Source: Methylococcaceae bacterium (GTDB lineage Bacteria; Pseudomonadota; Gammaproteobacteria; Methylococcales; Methylococcaceae). Taken from it: a stretch of DNA of 64,000 bases. Shown piece by piece: positions 1-9,027 of this stretch (position 1 is its first letter; every line of letters begins with the position of its first letter). The translations under genes and the position numbers were made by a program. The DNA is taken from the NCBI GenBank assembly GCA_044237765.1, contig JBIIEQ010000010.1:468-64467 (forward strand), in the 5' to 3' direction. The notes beneath the pieces were generated by a model, which worked only from the letters and a program-made list of their open reading frames with translations, was not told the origin of the DNA and ran no database searches.

Positions 1-1808
1 TTATTGGCAAGCAGACAAATATAAAAGATGTAACCATGCGTCCAGGTGAAGAAGCCACCCTAACATGGACGTTTAACGTGCCTGTAAAACCGTTTACAAT
101 TTTTGTGGAGGGCGGGGATTTAATTTCGCAGCCAACAGCGACAGATGAAACGAACATGACCTGGGCCGCAAAAGTTAAGGGGCTTGTTTGGAGGGAATTT
201 GCCGTCGTGCCCTCATTTTACATTGATCCAATTTCAACTGATTATATTAGTAGTTATTCAGATGATTATATTGTACCTTATGCGTTCTGGTATGTAAGCA
301 ATAATCAGGAATTTAATTACGTTTCCCCTAGTCCCATAGATGGAGCCGCAGCATGGGCGCGTGTCGACCGCTATCTGAGCTATGCAAGATGGGCCGACAA
401 CTACAAATCAATAAGTTTTGACCCCCCGACGGCCTCATTAAACTCATTAGCATTATTTGCCTCAACTGCTTCCATGCTTCCGAGTAATACACCGGCGCCT
501 GTTTATGCCTTTTCTATAGGTGCATACAGCATACAGGTGTTGCCTGCAATGTTGAATTCGGGCGCTGGACAAGTGCCTGCACCCTTTCAGGCGGCATTGG
601 ACGGTAACCTATTTACACTTGTCCCAAGCCTAAATACTGGCGGGGAGGTGCCAAAGTTTATGGTTCAAGTCTATGATGCTGCTGGTATCCCGGTAACCGG
701 GGTGATTGACTTGATTGCAGGGGATCCAAGCGCTATTCAGTCTGCCTTTACACTAGATGTGGTACAAAATCCTGTGTCTGGCGTGCAAGTCAAAGGCTAT
801 AACTTTTCTGCAGGGACAAATATTGATGTAACTAATGGAGCCATACCTACAAGCCAATTGGAAACGGGTGAGGTGTTCATGGATCAGGATCAGACGTTTG
901 GCCCTGTGCCGGATATTATTGAAATTAGTCCTGTCAATGGTGGGGTTGAGGGTGGTACCACTGTGACAATCACCGGGGCAAATTTGACCGACGTTACGCA
1001 GGTTAAATTTGGTCAGACAAACGCAGCATCATTTACTATTAATGCGGGTAATGTCCCGCAAACCATAACGGCCATCAGTCCTCCCATGTCGGCAGGTTCT
1101 GTTGACGTTTCAGTCGCCTCATCGATTGCGACTGATTATCTGAGAGGCGCTTATACCTATCTCGCTACACCAGTTTTGTCGGTAACCAACAGCACGGTCA
1201 CTTATACGGGAAATCCGATAGCTGCCATAGTGAACTGCTCAAGTGGTGGGGCAGTGACCAACGTCAAATACGATAGCAGCGCCACCATACCCACGAATGC
1301 AGGTACCTATGCGGTCACCGCCGATTGTGAGGCAACGGGCAACTATTTGGCCCTTACCGCAGCATCTGCAGGTAGCTTTGTGATTGGTCCGGCGCCACAA
1401 ACCGGATTTGCCCTCATTTTAAGTGCGACATCAGTCAGTTCGGGTTCATCTGTAAACCTGAGCTCAACAGGTGGGGAAGGTGACGGCGATGTTACTTACA
1501 TGGCGGTTCCGCAGTCACCACAAACCACCGAGTTTGCTGGCAACGTCGGCGCAGCCACCTCCGGTCTGCAATGCAACATCAGTGGCACTGTCTTGACCCC
1601 AACTGGCGGAGCGGGTGTTTGTGTGGTCACGGCAACCAAAGCGGCGAGTGGAAATTACGCTGCAGATTCTGCAGTTGGCAATGTCACCGTGACAGCAACT
1701 CCGTTACCCAACCCCATTCCCACGCTGAGCGAATGGGCACAACTGATGATGATGCTGGCTATGATTGCAACGGCTGGGTTTTATGGCTGGAGAATGAAGC
1801 AGCGGTGA
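1..1808 (+). CDS. Surface/secreted IPT/TIG-domain protein with IPTL-CTERM sorting signal; 5' end probably outside the window
   Basis: ORF 36..1808. The frame stays open back to nt 3 (..IGKQTNIKDVT before M36) and no signal peptide follows M36, so the true start is likely upstream. IPT/TIG-like segment PDIIEISPVNGGVEGGTTVTITGANLTDVTQVKFG. Ig/MBG-like repeats (TYTGNPIAA...NAGTYAVTADC). C-terminus PIPTLSEWAQLMMMLAMIATAGFYGWRMKQR = IPTL motif + TM helix + basic tail. Confidence 0.75.
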   Translation, partial: IGKQTNIKDVTMRPGEEATLTWTFNVPVKPFTIFVEGGDLISQPTATDETNMTWAAKVKGLVWREFAVVPSFYIDPISTDYISSYSDDYIVPYAFWYVSNNQEFNYVSPSPIDGAAAWARVDRYLSYARWADNYKSISFDPPTASLNSLALFASTASMLPSNTPAPVYAFSIGAYSIQVLPAMLNSGAGQVPAPFQAALDGNLFTLVPSLNTGGEVPKFMVQVYDAAGIPVTGVIDLIAGDPSAIQSAFTLDVVQNPVSGVQVKGYNFSAGTNIDVTNGAIPTSQLETGEVFMDQDQTFGPVPDIIEISPVNGGVEGGTTVTITGANLTDVTQVKFGQTNAASFTINAGNVPQTITAISPPMSAGSVDVSVASSIATDYLRGAYTYLATPVLSVTNSTVTYTGNPIAAIVNCSSGGAVTNVKYDSSATIPTNAGTYAVTADCEATGNYLALTAASAGSFVIGPAPQTGFALILSATSVSSGSSVNLSSTGGEGDGDVTYMAVPQSPQTTEFAGNVGAATSGLQCNISGTVLTPTGGAGVCVVTATKAASGNYAADSAVGNVTVTATPLPNPIPTLSEWAQLMMMLAMIATAGFYGWRMKQR

Positions 1809-1832
1809 TCGGCTGCAATTGATGGATGATGG

Positions 1833-1862
1833 GAACGGGCACTCGGGTGTCCGTTCTTGTAT
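1833..1862 (+). terminator. Probable rho-independent terminator of the IPTL-CTERM gene
   Basis: gaacgggcac-tcgg-gtgtccgttc gives a 10-bp stem with one G-U pair, followed by ttgtatgtgtg. It starts 25 nt after the stop codon. Confidence 0.5.
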
Positions 1863-1921
1863 GTGTGTCCGGCAGAGCGCAATTACTTGGAGGTAAAAGT
1901 CCCCGACCTACCCGGCAAGGG

Positions 1922-1945
1922 AAAGGCCAGGACTTCCTGGCCTTT
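1922..1945. other. Perfect 10-bp hairpin with tetraloop in a long intergenic spacer; function unknown
   Basis: aaaggccagg-actt-cctggccttt has no mismatch. No U-run on either strand, so it is not a classical terminator. Confidence 0.6.
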
Positions 1946-2256
1946 AGACCTGGCAGGACGTCGGTACCGCTAATGTAGTGGTCTTGGGTTCGAATCCTGG
2001 ATCAAAGCCTGCGTTACCTCACCCACACGAAATCGAGGTTGCAGGTTGCGGTTCGCTGACGTTCACCAAAGCCTACGATGGGCGACCACTTGGTTGATGC
2101 AATCCATCGTGGCTGATCCTCGGCTTCGCTGACAGCGCCGTGATCAATCCACACAAATTCCGTTACTTGCTGGCGTGCTCAGTCTAAAATTCGAGGCTGT
2201 CATGTGCAATTTCGCCATGGTTGCAATCAATCATTCCGACGGCATTGGATAAGCTG

Positions 2257-3837
2257 ATGATCAATAAAACCAACTTTCGTATCAACGGTCGCAAGATCAG
2301 TTTTTTGTTGCTGGGGTTTGCCCTGATCAATCCGTTCATGACGGCCATGGCCGGGGCGGGGCTCGATTTTGGGCCGGGGCGTTCCTTCAGTTATGAGTCG
2401 TTGGTGGAGCGGGCGGCTGATTTGGCCAAGAAACCCTATCTGGCGCCGCCCCGGCCGATGCCGTCGGTGGTCGAGAAAATCGACTACGAAGCCTGGGGCA
2501 ACATTCGTTATCGACCGGAGTCCTCGCTATTTGCCGCGGGCCCCGGCATCTTTCCGGCGACCTTTTTCCATGTGGGTCAGTTCTTCCAGAAATCGGTGAA
2601 GATGCACGTGGTGGAGAATGGCCAGGCCAGGGAGATTCTTTACAGCAGCGATTACTTTTCGATGCCGAAGAACAGCGTCGCGCGCAAGTTGCCCGCTGAT
2701 ACCGGCTTTGCCGGATTTCGACTGCAGGAGTCGCGTCACCGCGAGGACTGGCGCACCCAGGACTGGCTTGCTTATCTGGGAGCCTCCTATTTCCGGGCCA
2801 TCGGCGCGCTCAACCAGTTCGGGTTGTCGGCGCGCGGCGTTACCATTGATTCTGCCGAACCGACGCCGGAAGAGTTTCCCGATTTCACCGAGTTCTACAT
2901 CGAAGGCGCCAAGACAGAGGGCGAGCCGGAGGTGATTTACGCGCTGCTCAATGGCCCGAGTATCACCGGCGCCTATAAGTTCTCGGTGCGCCGGACCGAA
3001 GGAGTCGTGCAGGATATCGATGCCGCCCTGTTCATGCGCAAGGCTGTCGCTCGGATAGGGCTGGCCCCGCTGACCTCCATGTACTGGTTCAGCGAGACGG
3101 AAAAGCGTCGTCTGGAGGACTGGCGTCCCGAGGTGCATGACTCGGATGGTCTGGCGATCTGGACCGGCGCCGGGGAGCGTCTGTGGCGGCCGTTGATCAA
3201 TCAGCCTTATGCCGTCACCTCCAGCTTTGTCGACCAGAACCCCAAGGGATTTGGACTATTGCAGCGCGATCGCAATTTTGAAAATTATCTGGATGGCGTC
3301 AATTACGAGCGGCGCCCCAGCCTGTGGGTGGAGCCTATGGGTGAGTGGGGTCCGGGCGCTGTGCAGTTGATCGAGCTGCCGACGGATGACGAGATTCACG
3401 ACAATATCGGTGCCTACTGGCGCCCGGCGGAACCGGTAAAAGCGGGCGACTCCTATCGCTTGCGTTATCGTCTGCACTGGTTGGCAGACGAACCTTATCC
3501 CGCCAAAGTTGCCAAGTGCGTCGCGACCCGGATTGGCCGCGGTGGCCAGCCCGGCAAGCCGCGGCCTCAGGGGGTTTACAAGTTCGCTGTCGAATTTGCC
3601 GGTGAAGCGCTGGACCCGTTGTGGGGCGATAGCGTCAAGGCCAAGCCGGTCATTTCGGCCTCGCAAGGCACGATCAGCGATGCCTTTATGGAGCCGATTC
3701 CCGGAACCCGTCGGTGGCGGGCAATATTTGATCTGACGCCCAAAACCAATGATCCGGTGGAGTTGCGTTTGTTCATCCAGGGCAACGGCGACGCCATGAC
3801 CGAGACCTGGCTCTATCAGTTTCGTCCCGGCCGCTGA
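2257..3837 (+). CDS. opgG: Periplasmic glucan biosynthesis/processing protein, OpgG/OpgD (MdoG) family
   Basis: Matches E. coli OpgG along its length by eye: GFAGFRL, LGASYFRAIGALNQFGLSARG, EEFPDFTEFYIE, TGAYKF, GLAPLTSMYWF, HDSDGLAIW..WRPL, GFGLLQRDRNF, ELPTDDEIHDNIGAYWRP. Sec-type signal MINKTNFRINGRKISFLLLGFALINPFMTAMA with no twin-arginine motif. Start moved from TTG 2221 to ATG 2257. Confidence 0.88.
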   Translation: MINKTNFRINGRKISFLLLGFALINPFMTAMAGAGLDFGPGRSFSYESLVERAADLAKKPYLAPPRPMPSVVEKIDYEAWGNIRYRPESSLFAAGPGIFPATFFHVGQFFQKSVKMHVVENGQAREILYSSDYFSMPKNSVARKLPADTGFAGFRLQESRHREDWRTQDWLAYLGASYFRAIGALNQFGLSARGVTIDSAEPTPEEFPDFTEFYIEGAKTEGEPEVIYALLNGPSITGAYKFSVRRTEGVVQDIDAALFMRKAVARIGLAPLTSMYWFSETEKRRLEDWRPEVHDSDGLAIWTGAGERLWRPLINQPYAVTSSFVDQNPKGFGLLQRDRNFENYLDGVNYERRPSLWVEPMGEWGPGAVQLIELPTDDEIHDNIGAYWRPAEPVKAGDSYRLRYRLHWLADEPYPAKVAKCVATRIGRGGQPGKPRPQGVYKFAVEFAGEALDPLWGDSVKAKPVISASQGTISDAFMEPIPGTRRWRAIFDLTPKTNDPVELRLFIQGNGDAMTETWLYQFRPGR

Positions 3838-3969
3838 TCGGGACTGGCTGTTATCGGCCGATATCCCGACAGGAGCGGGATATCGGCCACGGTCTGCGGC
3901 CTTGGTGCCCGATGACGGTGGGCGTCGTCAGTAGCGGCCGACTTGGGTCCCATCATCAGGATATCGATA

Positions 3970-6843
3970 ATGAATGTTCCAGCCAAAGCGCAATGGAAGG
4001 TCATTGCCAGTTCGGGTGAAGCGTCCCTGGCGATCGATGATCGCTATGCCACGAGCTGGGTGAGCGAGCCCTCGGTCAGGGCATGGCTGCAAATCGATCT
4101 GGGCCGGGTGGCCACCCTGGCGGGCATTGAGGTGTATTGGGGCCGGTCGGTGGCGGACGTCTATGGGTTTGAAGCCTCTCTGAGTGGCCAGGATTGGGCG
4201 CCGCTCTGCAACACCCGCCATGGGGAGGGCGGGCAGAATGTGTTTGGCTTTCCGCCGGTCGAGGCTCGCTATGTGCGCCTGACTGATCAGGATCTGGGAC
4301 CGGAGCGGGTGCTCGATATTGTCGAGATCAACGTCTATGGTCCTGAAGATGCCATCCGGGTACTGGAGCCCGGGCGGATCGTCGCCCTGGGTCAGGCACC
4401 GGTGACGCTGTTGCCGGGTGAGAGCATCACGGTGGATTTTGGTTATATCCGGCCACCGATCGGCGCCCTGATCGAGTGGGGAGAGACCTATGGGACGGTT
4501 TTTTCGGTTCACCTTTCTGATGACGGACAGGACTTCCGTGAAGTGGGCCGGATTACCACCAGCAGCGGCAGTTATGACAACTTCTACTGGCGGTCGACCA
4601 CCAGTCGCTATTTTCGGCTGACTATCCACGAGACCAGCTCGCCGCAAGGCGCTGTCATCAATGAGCTGAAACTCCGCATCCTCAACAAGGACCGCATGCC
4701 GATTGGTCGGCTGGAGCGGGCGGCGCAGGACGGCCCCGGCGAGCTTTATCCGCAATCGTTGCTGGGTCGCCAGGTGTACTGGACCGCGCTGGGCGAGTTC
4801 GATCATCCGGAACAGGCCCTGTTTGATGAGTTCGGCAATCTGGAGGCCCAGGCGGGTATCGGGCAGCTGATGCCCCTGATCCGGCTGAGTGGCGTTCTGC
4901 ATGGCGCTCCCGGCGCCCCGGCGATTGCTCACTCGTTGGTCGACGGCTCGTTGCCGATCCCTTCAGTGAAATGGCGTCTTGCCGGCCTGGATGTCGAGGT
5001 CACGGCCTTGGCTCATGCGAGTCAGGCTGTGGTGGAGTACCGGCTGATTAATGCCGGTTCAAACCGACTGGATGGTTCACTGGTACTTGCCATTCGCCCG
5101 GCCCAGATCAATCCCTATTGGCAGCATGGTGGGCACGCCATTATCGACTCCATCAGGGTGGATGACCGGCAGGTTTGGGTGAATGATCGGCCTTACGCTA
5201 GCCTGTCCGAACAACCGGAGAGTGTCTGCATCGCTGATTTTGACCAGGGTGACATCGTCAATTTAATTGCCGACGGGGCCAGAAAGTCGCTGCCCAGTCT
5301 TCAATCGATTTCCGGTCTTTTGAGCGCGGCCCTGGAGTTCAGCTTTGCGCTGGCACCCGGCGAAGCCAGAAGTATTGTCGTTTCTGCCCCCATGCGGGAT
5401 GGCATCAATCCCAACACCCCCGTTTCGTTCGAAGATTTACGGCATCAGGTCATTCACCGCTGGCGCGAGAAACTCGGTCCGCGGCGGATTATGGTCGGTG
5501 ATCCCGAAGTCAGCGATACGGTAGAGGCCCAGACGGCCCTGATTCTGGTGAATGCCACCCAGTTTGCCTTCAAGCCCGGCCCGCGCAATTACGACCGCAT
5601 CTGGATTCGGGATGGTTCTTCGCAGGCGCTGGCGTTGCTTTGGGCGGGGCTGGTTGATGAGGCCAAACGCTATGTCCTCTGGTATGCGGAACGCGTCTAC
5701 GACCATGGCATGGTGCCGCCGATTCTGAACCCGGATGGCACCGTCAATCGGGGGTATGGCAGCGATATCGAATACGATGCCCAGGGCGAGTTTGTCACGA
5801 TTGCGGCGGATATTTATCGGATCAGCCGAGATGCCGATTTCCTGAGGGCCATCTACGAACCCGTTGTCCGTGCCACCCGATTCATCGAAGTGCTGTGTGC
5901 AGAGACCCATGCCCAATATGGGCCGGAGAGCCGGTTCCATGGCCTCGTCGCGCCCTCTATCAGCCATGAGGGATACAACAAGCCGAGCTTCAGTTATTGG
6001 GATGATTTCTTTGCCCTGAGTGCCTGGCGCAACTGCACGTATTTGGCCAGGGAGATCGGTGACGAGGCCACGGCGAGCGATGCCGATACGAAGGGTCGGG
6101 CGTTTGCCGAAGGGCTGACACGATCCTTGCGGCTGACCGCAGAGGCCCAGGGGAACGGCATGATTCCCGCTTCGGCGGATCGCGAGGATGTCGATCCGAC
6201 CTCGACATCGATCGCCTTCGAGCCATGCCGCGTGGGCGATGTCATTCCCGCTGATCTGATCCAGCCCACCTACGATCATTATGCTCATCATCTGGCCGTG
6301 ATTCGTGCGCCGGGCTTTGCCGGCGGATTTACTCCCTATGAGATTCGCAATCTCAATGCTTTTGTGGCGCTGGGCCGCTATGAAGATGCCTTTGGCTTGC
6401 TGAATGATGCCCTGACATGGCGCCGGCCCGCTGGCTGGCGTCACTGGGCGGAAGTGCTCTGGGGTGACCCTCGGGCTGCCGAGTACATCGGCGATATGCC
6501 GCACACCTGGATCGGTGCCGAATATGCGACGGCGGTTCGGCGGATGTTGTTGCGGGAGAACGGCAACACCCTGGAACTGTTCAGGGCTGTTCCCGATACC
6601 TGGTGGGCCGGCGAGGGCATCCGGCTGAACATGCTGCCGACTGCTTTTGGCTGGGCCAATCTGAGAGCCGAGCGGAGCACTGCTGGGGCGACGGTCACGC
6701 TGTCCCTGTCGGGGCCGGTGCCTGAGCGGATCACGCTACGTTATCCGGGGGTCCGTCGCGCCATGGCCGATGGGGTGCCTTGTGCCATTGAGGGTGACCT
6801 GATTTTTGCCCCCTGTTTCAGACAGCTTTCAATCGAAGCCTGA
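3970..6843 (+). CDS. Tandem discoidin (F5/8 type C) domain protein fused to an (alpha/alpha)6-barrel glycoside-hydrolase-like domain (GH15-like WIRDGS motif)
   Basis: N-terminal WKVIASSGEASLAIDDRYATSWVS...WLQIDLGRVATLAGIEVYW and a second ...YFRLTIHETSSPQGAVINELKL are discoidin-like. C-terminal half has PGPRNYDRIWIRDGSSQALALLWAG, typical of glucoamylase-type barrels. No signal peptide. Alternative TTG start at 3943. Confidence 0.65.
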   Translation: MNVPAKAQWKVIASSGEASLAIDDRYATSWVSEPSVRAWLQIDLGRVATLAGIEVYWGRSVADVYGFEASLSGQDWAPLCNTRHGEGGQNVFGFPPVEARYVRLTDQDLGPERVLDIVEINVYGPEDAIRVLEPGRIVALGQAPVTLLPGESITVDFGYIRPPIGALIEWGETYGTVFSVHLSDDGQDFREVGRITTSSGSYDNFYWRSTTSRYFRLTIHETSSPQGAVINELKLRILNKDRMPIGRLERAAQDGPGELYPQSLLGRQVYWTALGEFDHPEQALFDEFGNLEAQAGIGQLMPLIRLSGVLHGAPGAPAIAHSLVDGSLPIPSVKWRLAGLDVEVTALAHASQAVVEYRLINAGSNRLDGSLVLAIRPAQINPYWQHGGHAIIDSIRVDDRQVWVNDRPYASLSEQPESVCIADFDQGDIVNLIADGARKSLPSLQSISGLLSAALEFSFALAPGEARSIVVSAPMRDGINPNTPVSFEDLRHQVIHRWREKLGPRRIMVGDPEVSDTVEAQTALILVNATQFAFKPGPRNYDRIWIRDGSSQALALLWAGLVDEAKRYVLWYAERVYDHGMVPPILNPDGTVNRGYGSDIEYDAQGEFVTIAADIYRISRDADFLRAIYEPVVRATRFIEVLCAETHAQYGPESRFHGLVAPSISHEGYNKPSFSYWDDFFALSAWRNCTYLAREIGDEATASDADTKGRAFAEGLTRSLRLTAEAQGNGMIPASADREDVDPTSTSIAFEPCRVGDVIPADLIQPTYDHYAHHLAVIRAPGFAGGFTPYEIRNLNAFVALGRYEDAFGLLNDALTWRRPAGWRHWAEVLWGDPRAAEYIGDMPHTWIGAEYATAVRRMLLRENGNTLELFRAVPDTWWAGEGIRLNMLPTAFGWANLRAERSTAGATVTLSLSGPVPERITLRYPGVRRAMADGVPCAIEGDLIFAPCFRQLSIEA

Positions 6844-6987
6844 TCCCTGTCGACTCATCCTGAGTTGCGGGGGTATCCTCAAGTTTGACCCGCCGCGTGA
6901 AAGCCGGCCGTGAGCCGTTCCACAATTAGGAATCTAAGCTTGGCTCGGAGAGCGACCCGACGAAATGGAGAAATAGGCTGCGGAAGA

Positions 6988-7329
6988 CTAACGAATAGCC
7001 ATCACCGCCTCGTGTGAAACCACGAGAAGTCGGTGAGAGGGTGCGGCCTCATCGATGGCTGGCCAGACCTCAATCAGAATCTGTCTTAATTCGGCAAGGC
7101 GCAAATTGCCGACTTTGATCTGAACTACCCTTGGTGGCGGGGTCGACACCATGGCGCGGTCCGAGAAATCGGCATCCTTGCTGACGATGATCAAATCCTG
7201 CTGTCGGGCGTATTGCCATACCGTGGAATCGGTCCAGGCCGCATCATGATCTACCACCCATTCAAAATTTGCGCCTTCCCAAAGAGACAACTTTCGGGGA
7301 AGGTTGGCATCAATGAGAAAACGAGCCAT
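6988..7329 (-). CDS. PIN-like toxin, DUF5615 family (partner of DUF433)
   Basis: MARFLIDANLPRKL...IIVSKDADF acidic PIN-like signature, 113 aa. Its start overlaps the stop of the upstream DUF433 gene (ATGA-type junction at 7329). Confidence 0.7.
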   Translation of the reverse strand: MARFLIDANLPRKLSLWEGANFEWVVDHDAAWTDSTVWQYARQQDLIIVSKDADFSDRAMVSTPPPRVVQIKVGNLRLAELRQILIEVWPAIDEAAPSHRLLVVSHEAVMAIR

Positions 7330-7574
7330 CAGGCGACTCGCAGAAGCTCATATCGATGGTCCATCAAATGACTGGCAAATTGCAGGCATGCACGGATATC
7401 GGCGGCTTCCAGTTCTGGAAATTCATGAAGAATGTCGGCCTCGCTATCGCCTGCACTCAGGTACTCCAGAATGGATTGAGCCGTGATGCGTTGACCGCGA
7501 ATGGTGGGGTGACCGTTACAAATGTCAGGGTCGACCGTGATCCTGCCCTGCAGGAATTCGAGTGTTTTCGACAT
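7329..7574 (-). CDS. DUF433-domain antitoxin-like protein
   Basis: ITVDPDICNGHPTIRGQRITAQSILEYLSAGDSEADILHEFPELEAADIRACLQFA is the DUF433 core. Start set at MSKT (ATG 7574); the ORF track extends to 7640. Confidence 0.75.
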   Translation of the reverse strand: MSKTLEFLQGRITVDPDICNGHPTIRGQRITAQSILEYLSAGDSEADILHEFPELEAADIRACLQFASHLMDHRYELLRVA

Positions 7575-7680
7575 GTGACGTGCCTCGCAGGCTGAAATGA
7601 AATCCAACCGTGTCATCCTAGCATTATCAACGATCCTCAAAGTGTATCTGGCTGGTCATGACGGCATCGTCCTGTAAGCG

Positions 7681-9027
7681 TCAAAGCGCCGCGCCGTGGC
7701 TTTCGATCACCCGGCGGTAGAACAGCGCGCTGTCCTTCAGGGTCCGTGTCTGCGTCGCGTAGTCGACGTGAACCAGTCCAAAACGCTTCGAGTAGCCGAA
7801 GGCCCATTCAAAGTTATCCAGTAACGACCAGGCAAAATAGCCCTTCAGGTTGACGCCTTCGGCGATAGCCTCGTGCGCGGCGCGGAGATGGTCGCGGAAA
7901 TAAGCCACGCGAGCGGCATCGGGCACCCGCCCCTTGACGGGGCTAGGGTCATCGAAGGCGCCCCCATTCTCGGTGATGTACAGCGGTATGTCGCCGTAGC
8001 GGCGCTTGACCCAGAGCAGGCAGCTCTTGAGGCCCTTCGGGAAGATCTCCCAGTCCATCGCGGTATGAGGCGATTGATCCTGGCGGACCCGGTCGGCATG
8101 GAAAGGCAGCCGTCCTGGAGCGCTTTTCACGACCGAGCGGCTGTAGTAGTTGATGCCGAGAAAGTCGATTGGCGTCTGAATGACGCGGAAATCCTCCTCC
8201 GGAAAATCGGTGAAGTCCCGGCCATGAATGTCGGCCAACTCCTCGGGATAGCGGCCCATGAACACCGGATCGAGATACTGGCGGTTCATCCAGGCGTGCA
8301 TCCGGGCCATGGCGGCATGGTCCTCGGGCTGTTCCGATGCGGCATATTTCGGCTCCAGATTCACTACCAGCCCGATCGCTCCCTCGCCCCCATCGGCACG
8401 GAAGGCCTGAACAGCCAGGCCATGGCCCCGCAGCAGATTGTGGGTGGCCAGCCGTGCCTTGGGTAGTTCACGTAACCCCGGTGGATGAGAGCCTTGGACA
8501 TACCCTTCATGAACAATGACCCAGGGTTCATTCAGCGTTGCCCATTGCCTGACTCTTCCGCCCAGTGCCCTGAAAACAGCGTTGGCATAGTCGGCGAACC
8601 AGTACGCCGAATCCCGGTTCGTCCAGCCGCCCAGATCGGCCAAGGCCAGCGGCATATCCCAGTGATGCAGGGTCACGTTGGGTTGAATACCTGCGTCATG
8701 GAGTCGATCCAGTAGCCGGCGGTAAAAATCCAGCCCTTTCTCGTTCAGCGTGCCGCGTCCTTCGGGGAAAATCCGGTTCCAGGCAATGCTGAAGCGGTAA
8801 GCCTTGAGGCTCATCTCCCGCATCAGTTCAACGTCATCGGCATAGCGGTGGTAATGATCGCAGGCGAGGTCGCCGTGATCGCCCTGAGTGATGGTGTCGG
8901 GGGTATGACTGAACCGGTGCCAGTTGCTGGGGCCGGCTCCATCGGCCAGCGGTGAACCTTCAATCTGATAGGCCGAGGTCGCGGCGCCCCAGAGGAAGTC
9001 GGGTGGAAAGGTGTTGCGGTCAGTCAT
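7681..9027 (-). CDS. GH1 beta-glucosidase
   Basis: FLWGAATSAYQIEG, acid/base motif TLNEPWV, nucleophile motif YITENGGAFDD, 448 aa, no signal peptide. Confidence 0.92.
   Translation of the reverse strand: MTDRNTFPPDFLWGAATSAYQIEGSPLADGAGPSNWHRFSHTPDTITQGDHGDLACDHYHRYADDVELMREMSLKAYRFSIAWNRIFPEGRGTLNEKGLDFYRRLLDRLHDAGIQPNVTLHHWDMPLALADLGGWTNRDSAYWFADYANAVFRALGGRVRQWATLNEPWVIVHEGYVQGSHPPGLRELPKARLATHNLLRGHGLAVQAFRADGGEGAIGLVVNLEPKYAASEQPEDHAAMARMHAWMNRQYLDPVFMGRYPEELADIHGRDFTDFPEEDFRVIQTPIDFLGINYYSRSVVKSAPGRLPFHADRVRQDQSPHTAMDWEIFPKGLKSCLLWVKRRYGDIPLYITENGGAFDDPSPVKGRVPDAARVAYFRDHLRAAHEAIAEGVNLKGYFAWSLLDNFEWAFGYSKRFGLVHVDYATQTRTLKDSALFYRRVIESHGAAL

Noticed and set aside
1942-2008. Possible tRNA gene, suggested by the GGTTCGAATCC T-loop sequence
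   Set aside because: The T-stem would need three G-U pairs. The candidate acceptor stem pairs at only 4-5 of 7 positions. The span is about 66 nt, with no convincing D or anticodon arms, and the 5' strand overlaps an independent perfect hairpin. I kept it only as a possible tRNA-derived fragment.
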